A program made the position numbers and the translations under genes. 64,000 nt of DNA, taken from positions 248-64,247 of the forward strand of contig CAWEEG010000045.1 in assembly GCA_963808015.1 (NCBI GenBank). The letters are read 5' to 3'. The notes below the pieces were generated by a model. The model was not told the DNA's origin. It worked only from the letters and a program-made list of their open reading frames with translations, and made no database searches. The DNA comes from an uncultured Actinomycetota bacterium (lineage in GTDB: Bacteria; Actinomycetota; Acidimicrobiia; Spongiisociales; UBA5794). Every line of letters begins with the position of its first letter. Position 1 is the first letter of the stretch. Positions 49,504 through 60,958 of the stretch are shown one piece after another.

Positions 49504-50271
49504 GTGAAACTCCCTCGCTTGATCGGCATGGTTCACCTTGAACCACTCCCAGGAGCACCCGGATTCGCCGGCTCCATGGGCGCGGTCCTGGAACGGGCAC
49601 ACACCGACGCACAAGCCCTTGTCGACGCCGGCTACGACGGGATCATGGTTGAGAACTTCGGCGACGCTCCTTTCTATGCCGATGACGTCCCGAAGGTCTC
49701 GATTGCTGCGATGGCGCTCGGCGTCGCCGAGGTTGCCTCGGTTGGTCTGCCGACCGGTGTGAACGTGCTTCGCAACGATGCTCTCGGAGCGCTCGCCGTC
49801 GCAGCGGCCACCGAGGCATCGTTTGTTCGGGTCAACGTCCTGTCCGGGATGATGTACACCGATCAGGGGCCGATCATCGGTCAAGCGGCACGCATCGCCC
49901 GCGTTCGCAGCGAGTTGTGCCCTGGTGCCGCGATCATCGCCGACGTGTTCGTCAAACATGCAACGCCGCCCGCCGGCCTCTCGCTGGTTGACGCCACCAA
50001 CGACCTCGTTGAGAGAGCTGGAGCCGATGCCGTCGTGGTTTCGGGCGCGGGGACCGGCTCACCGACGGACCTCGATGACCTCCGCACGGTCGCCGAGCAC
50101 TCGCATTTGCCGGTGTATGTCGGTTCGGGCGCCACTGCAGAGACGATCGCAGAGATCCTCTCGATCGGCGACGGCGCTATCGTCGGATCCGCCACAAAGA
50201 TTGACGGTATCGCCACCAACCCGGTCGACCCCGAACACGCCGTCGCGATCGTAAGCGCTGCGTCGCTCTGA
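49504..50271 (+). CDS. BtpA/SgcQ family protein
   Basis: LIGMVHLEPLPGAPGF ... GIMVENFGDAPF ... VNVLRNDA ... VVVSGAGTG. Intact 255 aa. Confidence 0.8.
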   Translation: MKLPRLIGMVHLEPLPGAPGFAGSMGAVLERAHTDAQALVDAGYDGIMVENFGDAPFYADDVPKVSIAAMALGVAEVASVGLPTGVNVLRNDALGALAVAAATEASFVRVNVLSGMMYTDQGPIIGQAARIARVRSELCPGAAIIADVFVKHATPPAGLSLVDATNDLVERAGADAVVVSGAGTGSPTDLDDLRTVAEHSHLPVYVGSGATAETIAEILSIGDGAIVGSATKIDGIATNPVDPEHAVAIVSAASL

Positions 50272-50457
50272 CCACCGGCCGACACGCCACTGCCAACCCC
50301 TCATTGACCGATCTCGGACGCGTTCGTTGCACCTCTGGGCCATGGAGCATCAGTGGAGCGACGCTGGGTTCTTACCCACCACGGCGTGCGTAAGACGATT
50401 TTGTAGTTTACGAGCACCTCAAGTACCGGTTGAGGCTTCGGGCGCAAACACTATCGG

Positions 50458-53400
50458 TTGAGCGATTCCGCCAAGTCTCTACTCCCCGATGAAGGTTCGG
50501 CCGCGTCTGCATTCGGTAGCCTGGTGCACATGCAGCCGACCGAACGATTCTCCGAACCGACCCGGCGTTGGTTCATGGATTCGTTCGCGGAGCCGACCGA
50601 GGCACAGCGGCGCGGGTGGGACGCGATCGCGACCGGTAGCCACACCCTCATTCATGCTCCGACGGGATCAGGCAAGACGCTTGCTGCGTTCCTGTGGGCG
50701 ATCGATGGTCTCGCCAACGAATCGATTCCTGATGCCGGCAAGCGCTGTCGCGTGCTCTACATCTCTCCAATGAAAGCCCTCGCCTACGACGTCGATCGGA
50801 ACCTGCGCTCGCCACTCGCCGGTATCCAGGCCCAGGCCGAGAGAATCGACCAGACCCTCTCCCCCATCACCACGGCGATGCGCACGGGTGATACCCCGCA
50901 GGCAGACCGCAGAGCGATGTTGCGTACACCCCCCGACATTCTGATCACCACTCCTGAGAGTCTCTATCTCATGCTCACGTCGCAGATGCGGTCGGCGCTG
51001 GCTTCCGTCCGAACAGTGATCGTGGATGAGGTCCACTCGGTGGCGGGTACGAAGCGGGGATCCCACCTCTCGATCTCCCTTGAGCGCCTCGCGGCGATCA
51101 CCGAGGTCCCGCCACAGCGGATCGGACTGTCCGCCACCCAGCGCCCTCTCGAAGCGATCGGCGAGTACCTCAGCGGCGGCGAAATCGAGAATGGCCTTTG
51201 GACGGCCCGCCCCGTCGCAATTGTGGACGCCCCGCGAGACAAGGACCTGGACCTCGAAATCGTGGTTCCGGTGCCCGACTTGACCCGACCTGACACTGCA
51301 GCAGTCCCGCTCGGCGCCGAGCCGCCGACACGATCGATCTGGCCCGCGGTCTATCCACAACTGCATCAACTACTGACCGAGCATCGCTCGACGATCTTCT
51401 TTGTCAACTCGCGGGGGCTCGCCGAACGGCTCGCTGGAGAGCTGAATCGGCTTGCAGGCGAGGAAGTTGTGAGATCCCATCACGGTTCGGTCTCGCGCGA
51501 GCAGCGTACCGAGATCGAAGAACGACTCAAGAACGGCGACCTCCGCGGCGTTGTCGCGACATCCACACTCGAACTCGGGATCGACATGGCTGCTGTCGAT
51601 CTTGTCGTGCTCGTCGAGGCTCCGCCGTCGGTAGCAAGCGGACTGCAGCGCGTCGGAAGAGCCGGACATCAGGTGGGTGCCACCAGCGTCGCGAAGGTCT
51701 TCCCGAAGCATCGCGGAGACCTGCTTGAAGCGGCGGTGGTTGTCGAACGGATCTACAAAGGTGCCATCGAGTCCACCCGTATCCCGCAGAGTCCGCTCGA
51801 TGTGCTGGCACAACAGATTGTCGCGGTTGTTGCGGATGCAACGATCTCGGTGGACTCCCTCTTCGATCTCGTCCGGCGAGCCTCCCCATATCGCGAGATG
51901 ACGAGGCCGGTGTACGAGTCGGTGCTCGACATGCTTGCGGGGCGATACCCATCGGACGAGTTCGCAGAGCTTCGGCCGAGGATCGTGTGGGATCGGGCCG
52001 CCGAGACCGTATCCGGTCGTAGCAACGCACGCATCCTGGCAGTCACGAACCCCGGCACGATCCCTGATCGAGGGCTCTATCGGGTGACCTTGCCTGACGG
52101 CACCCGCGTCGGTGAACTCGACGAGGAGATGGTCTTCGAGAGCCGCGCCGGAGATCGATTTGTGCTCGGATCATCGACGTGGCGTGTCAACCAGATCACG
52201 CAGGACCGGGTCGTCGTCACGCCTGCCCCGGGCAGTGGTGCAGGCAAGATGCCGTTCTGGCATGGTGATACCGCCGGCCGGCCCCTCGAACTCGGTCGCG
52301 CCATCGGAGCCTTCACCCGTCGCATCGGCGGTCTCGAGCGGTCGGAGGCAACCGAAGTTCTCGAATCCGAGTACCACCTCGATGGATGGGCTGCCCGGAA
52401 CCTGGCGGCGTTCATCGGCGACGAACGCGACGCAACCGGCACGGTGCCTTCGGACCGCACCATCGTGGTTGAACGGTTCAGGGACGAGATTGGGGATTGG
52501 CGGGTTGCTGTGCTCAGCCCGTTCGGGGCGCGCGTCCACGCGCCGTGGGCTCTCGCGGCACGCCGGCGCTACCGAGATTCCCGGCACTCAGACGTTGACC
52601 TCATATGGGCAGACGATGGGATTCTCTTCCGCTTCCCCGAAGCGGATGAACCTCCGGCAACGAGCCAACTCCTGCTCGACCCGGAGGAGCTCGACGCGCT
52701 CCTTCTCAGTGAGGTCGCAGATTCGGCGCTGTTCGCGGCAACATTCCGCGAAGCAGCGGCGCGAGCGCTCCTCCTCCCGCGCCGTCGGCCCGGCGCCCGG
52801 ACTCCGCTGTGGCTCCAGCGGCGAAAAGCAGCGAACTTGCTCGAGGTCGCCCAGGGGTACGGCTCGTTCCCCATCGTGCTCGAAACGTACCGCGAGATCC
52901 TGCAGGATCACTTCGACGTGCCGGCCCTCAAAGAGGTGCTCAGCGACATCGAGCAGCGGCGAACAACACTCGTTGAGCTCGACCTGCCTGCCCCGAGTCC
53001 ATTTGCCTCCTCGCTCACCTTCGACTTCGTCGCCTCGTTCATGTACGACTATGACGCACCGGTCGCCGAACGACGAGCGGCCGCGCTATCGCTCGATCGT
53101 GCACTCCTCGCTGATCTCCTCGGGGAGCCGGAGTTCCGAGATCTCCTCGATGCCGAGTCCATCCGCGAAGTCGAACACGACCTCCAGCGGGTCACGCCGA
53201 ACCGCCGAGCACGGTCGGCTGATGCCATCCACGACCTACTCCTCCATCTTGGCCCGCTCGCTCTGGACGATCTGAGCGAGCGCGTCGATGACTCATCCCT
53301 CCTCAACGACCATCTCGAAGAGCTGACTGCGTCCGCTCGCGTCGCAATGGTGCAGGTCGAGGATGCCCATCTCTACGCTGCGGTGGAGGACCTGTCCCGG

Positions 53401-54907
53401 CTCCGTGACGCCCTCGGCGTCGCTCCGCCCGAGGACACACCAGAAGCCCTCCTCCGTTCCGTCGACGACCCGACCGGAGATGTTGTGGGGCGATACGCAC
53501 GGACTCACGGCCCGTTTTCGGTCGCCGAGGCCGCCGCAGCTCTCAACCTCCCGGTAGCCGTCATCCTCGAGGTCCTCGCTCGCCTGGAGGCCTCGGGGCG
53601 CGTGGCGCCCGGTGGCTACCGGCCGGGTGGCACGGATGCCGAGTGGATCGACACAAACGTGCTTCGTCGCGTCCGACGAGCAAGCCTGGCTCGACTCCGC
53701 TCCGAGGTTGAGGCCGTCGAGTCCCGTGACCTGGCGCGGTTCCTTCCGCGTTGGCAGGCTGCAGGACCCTCGTCACCACGCAGAACGACCGATCCGCTCG
53801 CTGTGGTCGAGCGCCTCGCCGGTGCCCGTCTCATTGCATCGTCGCTCGAATCAGATGTCCTGGCCGATCGGGGGGTGACCTCCGGACTCGATGAGCTACT
53901 GGCATCCGGTGAGGCCGTGTGGATCGGGCGCGGACCGATCGGCGACCGCGATGGGTCCCTCGCCCTCTACCCGCGCTCATCGGTACCGCTGCTGCATTGG
54001 GCAGGGTCCACCGATGCACCCGATGCACCCGATGGCCCGATGCACGAGGCCATCCGTACGCGACTCGGTGACGGTGCCTCGTTCTTCGCTGATCTGTATT
54101 CCGCAGCCGGTGGAGGTGATCCGACCGAGACTCTCTCTGCATTATGGGATCTTGTCTGGGCCGGCGAGGTCACCAACGACACCCTGGCGCCCGTTCGAGC
54201 GTTCATCGGCAAGGGGATCTCGAGTCGCCGGAGACGAAAACCGGTTCTTTCCGCCGCCACTCCGCCGGCCGGTGTCGGGCGCTGGTACGCGGTCTCAGAT
54301 CTGCATCGCACGACGCCTTCGGCCGAGGAATCGGCAACAGCCGTGGCGAAGGCTCTGCTGGATCGGCACGGCGTTGTGGGTCGTGACACCGTGCTCGCTG
54401 AAGGTGTGCCGGGCGGGTACGCGGGCCTCTACCCCGTTTTGGCCGCTCTGGAGGACATCGGCGCCGCCAGGCGGGGCTACTTCGTCGAAGGGCTCGGCGG
54501 CGCACAGTTCGGAATACCGGGTGCCGTCGACCGCCTCCGGTCCCGTGAAACCACCGGCCTGTTCACGCTCGCGGCCTCGGATCCTGCCAATGCCTACGGG
54601 GCAGCTGTCCCCTGGCCCGATCATCCAACGGCGAAACCCGCTCGGCGCGCTCGGGGCCTACGTCGTGATGGACGGCGGCAGGCTCATCGCATTCGTCGAC
54701 CGCGCAGGCCGCTCGGTCGCCTCGTTCACCGAAGACGGCGCCATCTTCGCCCGCGGCCTCGCCCTCCTCGGACCGCGGATGAAACACTGGACGGTCGAAC
54801 GGATCGATGGAGCCCCCGCAGCCGACTCCCCCTACCGCCCCGACCTCGTCGATGCCGGCTTCACAATGGGCTACAAGGGCCTGACGTTGAAGACCACGCC
54901 CAGCTGA
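50458..54907 (+). CDS. lhr: ATP-dependent helicase Lhr (large helicase-related; one frameshift near 54640)
   Basis: PTEAQRRGWDAIATGSHTLIHAPTGSGKTLAAF, VIVDEVHSV, HHGSVSREQR, GRAGHQVG, and a long Lhr-type C-terminal extension. The last 85 aa or so continue in the frame of ORF 53891..54907. Start is TTG 50458 or ATG 50530. Confidence 0.92.
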
Positions 54908-54918
54908 CAGGCTGAAGA

Positions 54919-55006
54919 CGAGACACGAGACACGAGACACGAGACACGAGACACAGCGAAGGATTGCCCGGTCTCGGATCTCAAGTCTCAAGTCTCAAGT
55001 CTCGGG
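54919..55006. repeat. heptanucleotide-periodic inverted array, locus 3
   Basis: CGAGACA x5 (54919-54953), an 18-nt spacer CAGCGAAGGATTGCCCGG, then TCTCGGA TCTCAAG x3 TCTCGGG (54972-55006). Occupies 88 of the 100 nt between the lhr stop and the stop of the DUF971 gene. Confidence 0.95.
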
Positions 55007-55007
55007 T

Positions 55008-55295
55008 CTACCCCTCTCCCAACCGCCTCAACTGCCCATACGGGTAGATGCCATCATGGTGGTTGTCTCCGAAGGTGAAACTGAGGGCGTATCCGCCAAC
55101 AAGTTGAGCGTTGGTGATCGTCGACCGGTCACCAAGTTGGACGGCCGAAGTTGCGGCAGCGGTGTGTTCGCGACACTCGGCACACGGGCACGCATCTCGC
55201 AAACGGCCGCCCGAATGCACCGTGGTTGCACCGTCGCTCCACTCGATCGTGACCGATTCTTGTTCGACCGTGATGCGCTGGGGTTCGTACTCCAC
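55008..55295 (-). CDS. DUF971 domain protein
   Basis: VTIEWSDG ... RLRDACPCAEC ... GYALSFTFGDNHHDGIYPY. Intact 95 aa. Confidence 0.75.
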   Translation of the reverse strand: MEYEPQRITVEQESVTIEWSDGATTVHSGGRLRDACPCAECREHTAAATSAVQLGDRSTITNAQLVGGYALSFTFGDNHHDGIYPYGQLRRLGEG

Positions 55296-55330
55296 CCCCG
55301 AACGGTACCAGTGGCTCTATCGTCCGACGT

Positions 55331-56565
55331 ATGCCAGTACCCAAACTCAAGATCCAACCAGGAAACCCCGACTTCCTCGACCTCCCCTGGGATCTACCAA
55401 TCCTCGAGTGGAACGATCCGCACCTCGTTGAGATGCCGACCGGTATCCACCGTCACCCGGTTGTGTTTGTCGCGTACCCCGAGGGGATCTACGCCATCAA
55501 GGAGCTCCCGCGTCGGCTGGCCAAACATGAGTTCAAGACACTCCGCAAGCCGCGAAGCGGACGACAAGATCGGCGGTTCCGGCCGGGCTCGTTGTGCGCG
55601 GGTGGGCCGATCCACACGAGGAGTACTCGAGTGCGTTGATCACACGGTTCGTGAACTACGCATTCCCATATCGGGAACTGGTCTCCGGGGGCGGGTTCGG
55701 AAGTCGCAGACGCCAGATGCTCGACGCGTTCGCCGGTCTCCTCGTCGAGCTTCACCTCGCCGGGTGTTTCTGGGGTGACTGCTCCCTCTCCAACGTGCTC
55801 TACCGCTACGACGCAGCGAAGATCGAAGCGGTGATGGTCGACGCCGAGACCTCCCGCCTTTACGACGAGCTGAGCGTGGGTCAGCGTCGTGAGGATCTCG
55901 AAATCATGCAAGTGAACCTCGCCGGCGACATGTCCGACATCGCCGCATCTGAGGGCTACGACGTTGACGATGCCGATCTCGAGATCGGATTCGACATCAC
56001 CGACCGGTACGTTGCGTTGTGGGATGAGCTGACCACCGATTTGGTGATCGCCTCGGACGAGCGATATCGGATCCGCGAGCGGGTCGGAAGACTGAACGAT
56101 CTCGGATTCGCCGTCGATGACGTCGAGATCATCCCCGACGGATCATCAAGCCTCGTACGCATCGCCGTGAGTGTTGGGGGCCGGACCTTCCACTCCCAAC
56201 GCCTCCGGGACCTCACCGGCATCGAAGCAGCCGAGAATCAGGCGCGCCAGATTCTGAGTGACATGCGCTACCACCGCGGAAAACACGGCGGGAACTACGA
56301 CCCCGACTCGAAGACCGCGAGAACCGTGTCGGCAATGAACTGGCGCATCAACCGCTTCGAGCCCTTCACCGCTCGTATCGCAGAACTTCGCCCGGACTCC
56401 GATCCGATCCAGGAGTTCTGCGACTACCTCAACTTCCGTTTCGCGATTGCGTCAGACCGCGGACGGGATATCGACAGCGCTGTCGCGTTCGAGGAATGGA
56501 TCGAAACGGGGATGCCCGGGTTCGATCCGCTGATCACATCCCCGGAACAGGACTCGCTCCCGTAA
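55331..56565 (+). CDS. DUF4032 domain protein (kinase-fold-like; one frameshift near 55560-55600)
   Basis: DFLDLPWDLPILEW ... GIHRHPVVFV ... YAIKELP ... ALITRFVNYAFPYREL ... LHLAGCFWGDCSLSNVLYRYDAAKIEAVMVDAETS ... LGFAVDDVEI ... ENQARQILSDM. Confidence 0.75.
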
Positions 56566-57301
56566 CGCCGCCGTCCACCGGTAGGACCGCCCCGGTGATC
56601 CACGACGCCGCGTCCGAGGCAAGGAAGGCCACTGCAGCGGCAACGTCGTCCGGTTCGCCGATGCGCTCCAGCGGATGAAACGAGGCGGTGTGCTCCTCAA
56701 TGCCGTCCCACAGCAGTGCGGACAGCTTCGTGCGCACGATCGCCGGCGCCACGGCATTCACTCGAACGCCCGGCGCCAACTCGAAGGCAAGCTGTCTCGT
56801 CAGGTGGATCAGCGCCGCCTTCGAGATGTTGTATGCGCCGAGGGCGGAGCCAGGTTGCAGTCCCCCTACCGACGCGATGTTGACGATCGAGCCGCCGGTA
56901 CTACTCATTGACTGACGCCATACCTCGCGTGACCACACGAGTGGAGCCCGCTGGTTCACCGCCCAGGTCTTGTCAACGGCACCGAGGTCGACATCCACGA
57001 GCGGTCCGGCGGATGGGTTCGTGCCCGCGTTGTTGACCAAGATGTCGCAGGATCCGAAACGGTCGACAACCTCGCTGATCGCTCGCTTCGCCGCTTCCTC
57101 GTCGTCTGCTCGCGCGGCGATCGGCAGAAGCCGGTCGCCGCCGCCGAGGCGCGACACGACCCCCGTGAGATTCTCCGCGCGGCGCGACGTCACGGCAACT
57201 CCTCGAGCACCGGAAGCGAGGAACTCCGCCGCGATGGCCTCTCCAATCCCCCGGCTGCCGCCGGTAACCAGCACAACTCGCTCGTCGAATCGGATCTCCA
57301 T
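56534..57301 (-). CDS. SDR family oxidoreductase (FabG-like)
   Basis: VVLVTGGSRGIGEAIA, NNAG, catalytic YNISKAAL. Intact 255 aa. Confidence 0.9.
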   Translation of the reverse strand: MEIRFDERVVLVTGGSRGIGEAIAAEFLASGARGVAVTSRRAENLTGVVSRLGGGDRLLPIAARADDEEAAKRAISEVVDRFGSCDILVNNAGTNPSAGPLVDVDLGAVDKTWAVNQRAPLVWSREVWRQSMSSTGGSIVNIASVGGLQPGSALGAYNISKAALIHLTRQLAFELAPGVRVNAVAPAIVRTKLSALLWDGIEEHTASFHPLERIGEPDDVAAAVAFLASDAASWITGAVLPVDGGVTGASPVPGM

Positions 57302-57312
57302 GTGCGCTCCGT

Positions 57313-57819
57313 TCAGTGTCCGCCTCTTCGAACGCCACCGTACTTCATGCGCGTGTCTTCCATCCTCGCGACTGGAACACCCCTACCGCCCTCGCTGAAG
57401 CCGGTATCGACAACCTCGCCGAGGAACAGGTCGTGGGTTCCGACCTCAATCACCTGGGCAACTCGGCACTCAAGCCAGGCGACCGCCTCCTCGAAGATCG
57501 GCACACCCGTCAACCCGACCCGTACCGGCCGTCCATTGAGCGTCTCCCCGACTCTCTCGGCTGGCGTCGAGAACTTGCGGAAGACGCTGGTGTCGTCGCG
57601 ATCCCAGAGATTGACCGAAAAGGATCGGCCGCCGCGAATGAGCCGATTGGTCACGGCCTTCCGGTCGACGGATATGGCCATGAGCACCGGGTCCATCGAT
57701 ACCTGCGTGACCCACGACTGGGTCATTCCGTTCCATTCGTCGCCGTGGCGCGAACCGATCAAGCAGAGAACGTTCGGTATCGACCAGGTCACGACGTTGA
57801 GGGTCTCCGCATCCATCAT
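57313..57819 (-). CDS. flavin reductase family protein
   Basis: Start at ATG ATG 57814-57819. LCLIGSRHGDEWNGMTQSWVTQVS ... LECRVAQVIEVGTHDLFLGEV. Confidence 0.8.
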   Translation of the reverse strand: MMDAETLNVVTWSIPNVLCLIGSRHGDEWNGMTQSWVTQVSMDPVLMAISVDRKAVTNRLIRGGRSFSVNLWDRDDTSVFRKFSTPAERVGETLNGRPVRVGLTGVPIFEEAVAWLECRVAQVIEVGTHDLFLGEVVDTGFSEGGRGVPVARMEDTRMKYGGVRRGGH

Positions 57820-57863
57820 TCCTCCCGGGGATGTCGCGTGTGATGCCACCCTAGAATGACGCA

Positions 57864-58382
57864 ATGCACGTGCTCATCGCAACATCGGGCGTACTCAGCC
57901 CGGAACCGGCCGTTGAGTTCACCCGCCACCTCCTTGGACAGAACGGGCGGGTCACGCTCATCACCGTGATCGAGGTCCCTCGGGCGTTCCTCGAGGACCT
58001 CCATGCCTCGAACGGCCGACCCCTCTCGTCGGATGACGGTCGGGAAGAAGCGGTTGCTCGATACCTCGATGAACGGGGACGCAAGACAGTCGAACCGGTG
58101 CGGGTTGCGCTCGAAGCCGCGCGGATTCCGTCCGAGGTTCGGTTCGTTGAGGGGGACGATGCTGCGAAGGGGATCACGCAGGCAGCCGACGCTCTCGATG
58201 CGGATGTAGTCATTCTCGGAGCCACCCGACCGATCTTCAACCGGGACGCATGGGAGAGCATCTCAGCGCGCGTCATGCTTGAGTCCGGTCGCACGGTGCT
58301 GGTCGTGCCGGCGCCCCCAAGACTCGACGGTGTGGAGCCCCACGAACCGCGAGAGACAGTTCCCAGCCCGATCGAGGAATAG
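57864..58382 (+). CDS. universal stress protein family
   Basis: MHVLIATSG ... ADVVILGATR ... SISARVMLESGRTVLVVP. Confidence 0.75.
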   Translation: MHVLIATSGVLSPEPAVEFTRHLLGQNGRVTLITVIEVPRAFLEDLHASNGRPLSSDDGREEAVARYLDERGRKTVEPVRVALEAARIPSEVRFVEGDDAAKGITQAADALDADVVILGATRPIFNRDAWESISARVMLESGRTVLVVPAPPRLDGVEPHEPRETVPSPIEE

Positions 58383-58399
58383 TCTGCCACCCTTGGTCG

Positions 58400-58792
58400 T
58401 CAGGGTGCTGGAACTGTCACCGTCGCGACATCTCCGCAGTACCCGACCACAGAATCGCGCGCTGCTATCTCGACGGTCGCAACTCCCTCCGGGATCTCGA
58501 CATTGGGCAAGGAACGAGTGAAGGGCTGCTCGTCGACGTGCGGATGCGCCAAGACTCGCGTAGCAAGGACATCCCCGTCCGTCGATCGCACCTCCCAAGC
58601 GTCGGCGTACCGGTCCCAGCCGGTGTCGGCGCTCTCAACGGTCGCGGTCACGACGAATCGATCGCCCGAGCGTTCCACCGCGGCGTCAATGACGTTGGCG
58701 CAACCTTCTGGAGTAGCGACGGTCTCAGCGGTTTCCTCGGCATCGCCACATCCCGCGACGAACACCACAACCACCGCGAACGAGAAGGCCAC
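58400..58792 (-). CDS. hypothetical lipoprotein
   Basis: Signal peptide plus lipobox AVVVVFVAGCGD. Intact 130 aa. Confidence 0.6.
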   Translation of the reverse strand: MAFSFAVVVVFVAGCGDAEETAETVATPEGCANVIDAAVERSGDRFVVTATVESADTGWDRYADAWEVRSTDGDVLATRVLAHPHVDEQPFTRSLPNVEIPEGVATVEIAARDSVVGYCGDVATVTVPAP

Positions 58793-58904
58793 GCTGGAGG
58801 ATCATTCTTCGGCGCCCCTGCCGCGTACCGTGCATCTGTACTCCTCTCATCCGTTGGGTTCACATCGAAGATCGACCACCGGGCCGAGCGCCTCAATGCC
58901 ACCT

Positions 58905-59406
58905 TCAAGGGAGATGCAGGCAGCCACCACGCGTGGGCTGAGCATCGGAGAAGCCCGACGAACCGATCGCACGATCGATGTCGTCGAATGTCACTGCCGC
59001 CGCGAGATCGGCAAGCAGTGGAGCGATACCGGATCGTGAGGCATCGAGGGCCACGATATATGCCCGGTGATCCGTTTCGAGGTCGGACGGTGCGTCGAGC
59101 ACCTCGAGGTCTTGCACATAACGATCGAGAGCGTCACCCATTCCTGCGAAGAGCTTCGAGGTGAGCATTGCCGTCTCGGCAATTACCGCCTCCGCGAGCT
59201 CGTCCTCTTCGACCTCGCGCTGGAGGCGCGCAACGGCGACTTCGAGTTCGGAGATGTTGTGATCCGCCAGGGCGGTGATCTCATCCGCGTTCGCCGCGGC
59301 TCTGAGTCTCAACCGCCGACGAATACTCGTCGACCGAGAGCCCACCACCCGAACACGCGGATACGATCACGAGGCCGGCAGTGAGAAGGGTGGCCAGGCG
59401 TCTCAC
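58905..59406 (-). CDS. hypothetical lipoprotein (one frameshift)
   Basis: GTG 59404-59406 overlaps the upstream stop (GTGA). VRRLATLLTAGLVIVSACSGG. Continues in the frame of ORF 58905..59348. Confidence 0.5.
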
Positions 59407-60101
59407 GAACCCAGCAGATCGCTCAGCGACACGAACGAATCCACTATCGCGCCACACACGGCGTCCGTAACTGACGCCTGGCAAAAAAGTTCGTAGCGGA
59501 GGCCCGCCTCGGTCCAACCAAGGCTCAGCCCATCTGGAACGATGATCGGCACCACATCGCTCCTCGCCGCGCCGATTCCATCGGGCGCCGGACCGACCCG
59601 GAGCACACCAAGCTGTCCGCTGTCTGCCGTGTACGGCTCAACGGTCCAGAACCCGAATGCGGCGGACGTGTCTGGGTCGAGGAGCCCCGAAGCCGGGTCG
59701 TATACGAGCTGGCTCGTGACCCACCGCACGTCTTCCGGCACCGCCTCGGGGAATTGGATCGTCGGGAGCGCCGTCGCGATCTCCACGCGGCTCGCTTGCA
59801 CAAATCGACTGCCCAGCTGACGATTCCAGACGGTGGCGATCATCGCCCGCGGGTCGTCGTGGGGCTGTGCCGGTCCGATGTCGTCGTTCACCCAGAGAGT
59901 GTCGGTCGCACCGACGAGGCCCTCGTTGCCGACTTCGATGACGATGGGGGGCGATGTCGGCGTGGGAAGGGTTGCAGCCGTAACCCAGGCGCCGGCTCGG
60001 TCGCCGACGCCTTCGAGCGGACCTGATTCGCCACACGCGCTCGCTACGAGCGCGAGTGTGGCGATCACCATGACGACGAATGGGGCACGCACGCTCGACA
60101 C
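59403..60101 (-). CDS. hypothetical lipoprotein
   Basis: Signal peptide plus lipobox VVMVIATLALVASACGE. Intact 232 aa. Confidence 0.65.
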   Translation of the reverse strand: MSSVRAPFVVMVIATLALVASACGESGPLEGVGDRAGAWVTAATLPTPTSPPIVIEVGNEGLVGATDTLWVNDDIGPAQPHDDPRAMIATVWNRQLGSRFVQASRVEIATALPTIQFPEAVPEDVRWVTSQLVYDPASGLLDPDTSAAFGFWTVEPYTADSGQLGVLRVGPAPDGIGAARSDVVPIIVPDGLSLGWTEAGLRYELFCQASVTDAVCGAIVDSFVSLSDLLGS

Positions 60102-60159
60102 GGCGTCAAGTGTGCCACCGTTCCACGAATACCGACGACCATCTCCCTACGCTCGCTCG

Positions 60160-60912
60160 ATGTCCGATCACACGATCGCCGTAGTTCGCTCGGGGTTTGA
60201 AGACTCCACCGGCCTCGATACGGGCGTCTCGCACGCTCTTCTGGATCGGGTCTCGGCCGGCGAACTCGCGGAGACTTTCCGCATCTACCAACCGACCCGT
60301 GTCATGGCGTTTGGCAAGCAAGATCGGCTGGCCGAGGGCTTCACACAAGCCGTTCAGGTCGCGCGCAATCACGGTTTCGACCCGATCATCCGCATGCCGG
60401 GTGGTCGGGCAGCGGTCTTCCATGAGGAGACGGTGGCATTCTCGTGGACGATCCCGACCTCCGACCCGGTGCGAGGCATTCGCGAGCGTTTTGAGGCCGC
60501 CACCAGCGTGATCACCGATGCGCTCAGCCGCGTCGGCGTTCCTGCAACCACCGGAGAAATCCCCGGCGAGTACTGCCCCGGCGAATTCAGCGTCCACCAC
60601 GCCGGGGAAATCAAGCTCGCCGGAATCGGACAGCGCCTCGCCCGCCATGCCGCACATGTCGGCGGTGTTCTCGTAGTCGGTGATACCGAAGGTACACGAG
60701 ACGTGCTGGTCCCAACGTATCGCTCCCTCGGGATCGAGTGGGATCCCGGCACCGTCGGCTCGATCAATGACATCGCTTCCGAGATCGACGTGCAGGACGT
60801 GATCGACGCGATCGTCGGGGTTCTGGCGGAGCAACGTTCGATCGTGCCCACGTCGGTCGACGCGACAACTCTTGCCAGCGCTCGCGAGCTTGCACCGCTC
60901 CACATCCCGTGA
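60160..60912 (+). CDS. lipoate/biotin protein ligase (LplA/LipB/BirA BPL_LplA_LipB) family protein
   Basis: ATG 60160 (MSDHTIAVV...). RMPGGRAAVFHEETVAFSW ... GEYCPGEFSVHHAGEIKLAGIGQR. Confidence 0.7.
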   Translation: MSDHTIAVVRSGFEDSTGLDTGVSHALLDRVSAGELAETFRIYQPTRVMAFGKQDRLAEGFTQAVQVARNHGFDPIIRMPGGRAAVFHEETVAFSWTIPTSDPVRGIRERFEAATSVITDALSRVGVPATTGEIPGEYCPGEFSVHHAGEIKLAGIGQRLARHAAHVGGVLVVGDTEGTRDVLVPTYRSLGIEWDPGTVGSINDIASEIDVQDVIDAIVGVLAEQRSIVPTSVDATTLASARELAPLHIP

Positions 60913-60958
60913 CGATCGGCCCTTGCGCGAAGAACGCTCCCGGCCGAAACTAGCAACC

